From an uncultured Planctomycetia bacterium (GTDB taxonomy: Bacteria > Omnitrophota > Gorgyraeia > Duberdicusellales > 4484-171), in the NCBI GenBank assembly GCA_964629655.1, contig CAZVQU010000002.1:226814-290813 (forward strand): a stretch of 64,000 bases of DNA. Reading direction: 5' to 3'. Positions within the stretch are counted from its first letter, which is position 1. Every line of letters starts with the position of its first letter. This document shows positions 60,520 through 64,000 of this stretch, one piece after another. The notes below the pieces were generated by a model. It saw only the letters and a program-made list of their open reading frames with translations, made no database searches and was not told the origin of the DNA. The position numbers and the translations under genes were made by a program.

Positions 60520-63309
60520 CTAATCTAGTTTGCCTTTTAAGAACTTTCCGGTATAAGAAGAAGCACAAGCTGCAACATCCTCCGGCGTCCCGCAGACAAC
60601 AATTCTTCCTCCGTTATCTCCTCCCTCGGGCCCTAAATCAATAACATAGTCAGCACATTTTATCACATCTAAATTATGTTCTATAACTAAAATCGAATTT
60701 CTTTTATCGACTAAGCGATGCAATACTGACAAAAGCTTTTTTATATCATCAAAGTGTAAACCGGTTGTTGGCTCATCAAAAATATATAAGGTTTTTCCGG
60801 TTGCTTTTTTCCGTAATTGAGAGGCGAGCTTAATCCTCTGGGCCTCCCCACCAGAAAGCGTAGTAGCTGACTGCCCTACTCCAATGTAACCCAAACCAAC
60901 ATCTTTTAAAGTCTGTAAAATGTTCTTTATTCTGGGAAAATTTACGAACAGCTCATAAGCTTCGTCAACATTCATCTCTAAAACATCGGATATACTTTTA
61001 CCTTTAAATTTTACCTCTAAGGTCTGCTTATTAAAACGTTTACCGGCACAAACCTCGCAAGGCACGTAAACATCAGGAAGAAAGTGCATTTCAATCTTTT
61101 TAGTTCCCTCACCACTACACTCCTGGCATCTTCCTCCAGAAACATTAAAACTAAAACGGGCCGGTTTATAGCCACGCATCCTTGCTTCTGGCAATCCTTG
61201 GAAAACCTCTCTTATGTAAGTAAATACTCCCGTATATGTTGCCGGGTTAGAACGAGGCGTTCGGCCAATCGGAGACTGATCTACGATAATTACCTTATCA
61301 ATGTTCTCCAAACCAACCAGCTCTCTAAACTCACCGGGCTTCTCCCGTGAATTATAAAGACTTCTAGTCAAAGCTCTATAAAGTATATCTTCTACTAAAG
61401 TCGACTTACCCGAGCCGGAAACTCCAGTAACGCAAATAAATGTTTCTAGGGGAATCTTTACGTTTATATTTTTCAAATTGTGTTCCCGGGCACCTTGTAT
61501 GCCTAGAACTGGCTTATCTTTGTAAGGTCTTCTCTTGGAAGGCTTAGCTATCAATTCTTCACCCCTTAAATACTTAGCAGTTAAGGTATCCTGCGCGAGC
61601 AATTGATCTCTTCTCCCCGAATAGACGACCCTTCCCCCCCTTATCCCTGCTCCTGGTCCCAAATCAACTACCCAATCGCTAGCATGAATCATCTGCTCAT
61701 CATGCTCAACAACAATTATTGTGTTGCCTAAATCTTTTAACTTTTTTAAAGTATTAATTAATTTCGAATCATCTCGAGAGTGTAGACCAATAGTTGGCTC
61801 ATCAAGAATGTAGATCACCCCGGAAAGTGATGAGCCTACTTGAGTAGCTAATCTTATCCTTTGAGCCTCTCCTCCGGAAAGTGTGGAGCTTAACCTATCC
61901 AAAGAAAGATAAGCTAATCCTACATTAATACAAAAACTAATACGCTTCTTTATTTCTTTTACAATTGGAGCAGCAATTTTCTCATCAAAACCTTTAAGCT
62001 TCAGCGAAGAGAAAAATTCAAAACATTCTTCAATACTCATCTTTATTACATCCGATATTGATTTACCACCTACATACACGCTTAAGGCCTCTGGCCGCAA
62101 ACGTTGGCCCAAGCACTTTGGGCAGGCTAACTTTGACATATATTTAGATATCTCTGTCTTTCGATATTGGCTATCGGTAGTATTAAACACCCTCTCTAAA
62201 TTAGGAATAACTCCCTCAAAAGGTTTATCCCAAACATAAGTATCTTCACCGCCATAAAGAATCTTCTTCCTTATTTTTTTCGAAAGACGATTAAAAGGCG
62301 TATCCATTGATATTCTTAAGCCTTTCGACAATTCTCTAAGCAGTGCCCTATAGTACATAATATAACCTCGGCTGCCTCTGCGCCAAGCTGCGATTGCTAC
62401 TTCTCGTAAGGTCTTTTCTTTCTCAGGAACAATAAGATCAGGGTCAAATTCCAATTTTATACCTAGCCCATTGCAATCCGGACATGCTCCATAGGGAGAG
62501 TTGAAAGAGAACTTCCTTGGCTCCATCTCGCCTAAAGATATTCCGCAATTGCTGCAGCTTAATTGTGTATTAAATAAAAACTCACTTGGTTTGCTGCTAT
62601 CAACTATCAAGCAAAACCCTTGGGAATGTTTTATGGCTGTCTCTACAGAATCAGCGATTCTGTCTTTATGCTCTGCTGAAACCTTAATTCTGTCGACAAC
62701 AATCTCAATATTATGTAACTTATACCGATTGAGTCTTAACTTATCTCCCAATTCACAGATCTTACCATCAACTCGTACCCGGGCAAAACCCTCCTTAAAC
62801 AACCTCTTAAATAAAGCCTGGTAGAGACCTTTTTTACCTCTGACTACCGGAGAAAGAATAAGTATCTTACTATTTTTGGGAAAATTCAACACCTTATCGA
62901 TTATCTCTTGGGGTGTTTGTTTCGTGATTGGCTTTAAACACTGAGGGCAATGGGGCTTACCGATTCGGGCAAAGAGTAAACGTAAATAATCATAGACCTC
63001 AGTTTGAGTCGCCACAATGGAGCGGGGTGAACCACCGGCAGTCCTTTGTCCAATGGCTATTGCCGGAGAAAGACCTTCAATATGCTCAACATCTGGTTTC
63101 TGGAGCTGGTCTAGGAACTGACGGGCATAGCTAGAAAGACTCTCTACGTATCGACGTTGCCCCTCAGCATAAATAGTATCAAAGGCTAAAGAAGACTTGC
63201 CTGAGCCAGAAAGGCCAGTAACTACAGTCAGCTTATTTTTAGGTATTTTTAAGCTAATCTTCCTTAAATTGTGCTCCTTAGCACCTTTTATGATTATATG
63301 ATCACTCAT
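60520..63309 (-). CDS. uvrA: Excinuclease ABC subunit A
   Basis: Two ABC ATPase modules ([14 protein letters not shown]; [11 protein letters not shown]) and zinc fingers. 929 aa. Confidence 0.95.
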   Translation of the reverse strand: MSDHIIIKGAKEHNLRKISLKIPKNKLTVVTGLSGSGKSSLAFDTIYAEGQRRYVESLSSYARQFLDQLQKPDVEHIEGLSPAIAIGQRTAGGSPRSIVATQTEVYDYLRLLFARIGKPHCPQCLKPITKQTPQEIIDKVLNFPKNSKILILSPVVRGKKGLYQALFKRLFKEGFARVRVDGKICELGDKLRLNRYKLHNIEIVVDRIKVSAEHKDRIADSVETAIKHSQGFCLIVDSSKPSEFLFNTQLSCSNCGISLGEMEPRKFSFNSPYGACPDCNGLGIKLEFDPDLIVPEKEKTLREVAIAAWRRGSRGYIMYYRALLRELSKGLRISMDTPFNRLSKKIRKKILYGGEDTYVWDKPFEGVIPNLERVFNTTDSQYRKTEISKYMSKLACPKCLGQRLRPEALSVYVGGKSISDVIKMSIEECFEFFSSLKLKGFDEKIAAPIVKEIKKRISFCINVGLAYLSLDRLSSTLSGGEAQRIRLATQVGSSLSGVIYILDEPTIGLHSRDDSKLINTLKKLKDLGNTIIVVEHDEQMIHASDWVVDLGPGAGIRGGRVVYSGRRDQLLAQDTLTAKYLRGEELIAKPSKRRPYKDKPVLGIQGAREHNLKNINVKIPLETFICVTGVSGSGKSTLVEDILYRALTRSLYNSREKPGEFRELVGLENIDKVIIVDQSPIGRTPRSNPATYTGVFTYIREVFQGLPEARMRGYKPARFSFNVSGGRCQECSGEGTKKIEMHFLPDVYVPCEVCAGKRFNKQTLEVKFKGKSISDVLEMNVDEAYELFVNFPRIKNILQTLKDVGLGYIGVGQSATTLSGGEAQRIKLASQLRKKATGKTLYIFDEPTTGLHFDDIKKLLSVLHRLVDKRNSILVIEHNLDVIKCADYVIDLGPEGGDNGGRIVVCGTPEDVAACASSYTGKFLKGKLD

Positions 63310-63321
63310 AAAAAGATTTTT

Positions 63322-64000
63322 TTAACTTCCGATTTTTAAAGGAGAAAAAATCTTTTTTAATAACTGTTGCGTGGAAAGTATAGCTAAAGCGCTTGTCTTC
63401 GGGTTTGTTTTTGAAGGAATATTTTCTACTTTTATGCTTAATTTAGCTTCCTCAGAATCCACAACGACATGGTGCACGTTTCTCTTTAGCTTTGGATCAG
63501 CCTTTATGCAAACTTCAACCTTCTTGAAAGCTGAAGCCAAAGATATGGCGACTGCAACATTTATATTTTTGGGAAAATGCTTTATCGCTTCCTTTACGCC
63601 GCCTCTAAACACAACCTTTTCTTTCTTTAGATTTGTTAAATTAATCTTCCTCTCCTTTAAATAATCAGCACCGATAAGCCCACGTGGCGGTTTAGAAGTA
63701 GTTAAAGATACTTTATTAATCTTTCCCATACTTAGAGCACCTAAGCCATCTATCCCTGAAACTGCCCCTGAAGAAACGTAGATGTTTATCCCTCTTTTAT
63801 CTGCCGCTTTTAGCAGGGAAGCCTTATCGATAAGGGCACCCACGCTAAGAATTATTAAGTCTTTGCGGTAGGTAATTACTTTCTTAAGAAGAAAACTAGC
63901 TGCTGCGCCAGAAGCAGTCTCAATAACTAAATCTACCTTTTTTACCAAATCAACACTATCGTATATCTTAGGATCTGAGCCTAATTTCTTCTGTAAGCCT
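63322..64000 (-). CDS. nadX: L-aspartate dehydrogenase-like (NadX family), C-terminal part; N-terminus beyond the right edge
   Basis: NPKTSALAILS motif near the C-terminus. The frame stays open to position 64000; the ORF-track M at 63948 is a TTG inside a longer frame. Confidence 0.55.
   Translation of the reverse strand, partial: GLQKKLGSDPKIYDSVDLVKKVDLVIETASGAAASFLLKKVITYRKDLIILSVGALIDKASLLKAADKRGINIYVSSGAVSGIDGLGALSMGKINKVSLTTSKPPRGLIGADYLKERKINLTNLKKEKVVFRGGVKEAIKHFPKNINVAVAISLASAFKKVEVCIKADPKLKRNVHHVVVDSEEAKLSIKVENIPSKTNPKTSALAILSTQQLLKKIFSPLKIGS

Overview
This 64 kb window comes from a low-GC (about 38%) Gram-negative-type bacterial chromosome. Every feature I can support lies on the minus strand. 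No CRISPR array and no mobile element are visible; almost all of the window is core genome.

**Left part (1-15.9 kb).** A lipid A / Kdo block (lpxL fragment, lpxK, waaA) is followed by xerC/D, topA, dprA and aroK. After a promoter-bearing gap comes a metabolic block: acyl-CoA dehydrogenase, an Lpd-like flavoprotein disulfide reductase, an LDH-like malate dehydrogenase, an IDH-type beta-decarboxylating dehydrogenase, a LeuD-like gene, pilT, a LeuC-like gene and aspC.

**Central part (15.9-46.1 kb).** One uninterrupted ribosomal and transcription array of about 30 kb runs from a near-consensus sigma-70 promoter with an upstream A-tract at about 46.0 kb to an intrinsic terminator at about 15.9 kb. 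Gene order is tRNA-Thr (preceded by a tRNA 5'-half remnant), rpmG, tRNA-Trp, secE, nusG, rplKAJL, rpoBC, rpsLG, fusA, tuf, then the S10, spc and alpha clusters. This block has:
- a Zn-type S14 and no L30;
- L36 and IF-1;
- an acidic 45-aa insert in L3;
- Lys-rich extensions on L4 and L17;
- a Cys5 insertion in EF-Tu.

**Right part (46.1-64 kb).** ligA, acyP and fmt are followed by a PriA homologue with degenerate helicase motifs, then a GT28 glycosyltransferase, gmhB, rluB, a MiaB-family methylthiotransferase, rsmE and tRNA-Ala(CGC). Next is a tightly coupled seven-gene operon (TPR protein, ExbB, ExbD, a 196-aa membrane protein, a Zn-ribbon membrane mini-protein, a DUF2582-like wHTH and a PilX_N pseudopilin-like protein). 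Then come uvrA and a partial nadX at the right edge.

**Most interesting.** The TPR/ExbBD/PilX_N operon is the main candidate for an undescribed envelope system. Other points worth follow-up are the helicase-dead PriA, the EF-Tu cysteine cluster, and pilT wedged between the LeuD- and LeuC-like subunit genes. Several ORF-track N-termini were trimmed to internal ATGs (rpsD, rpsZ, rplC, rpoC, the TPR protein). Three short genes missing from the ORF track were added by hand (rpmJ, rpmG, the partial lpxL).
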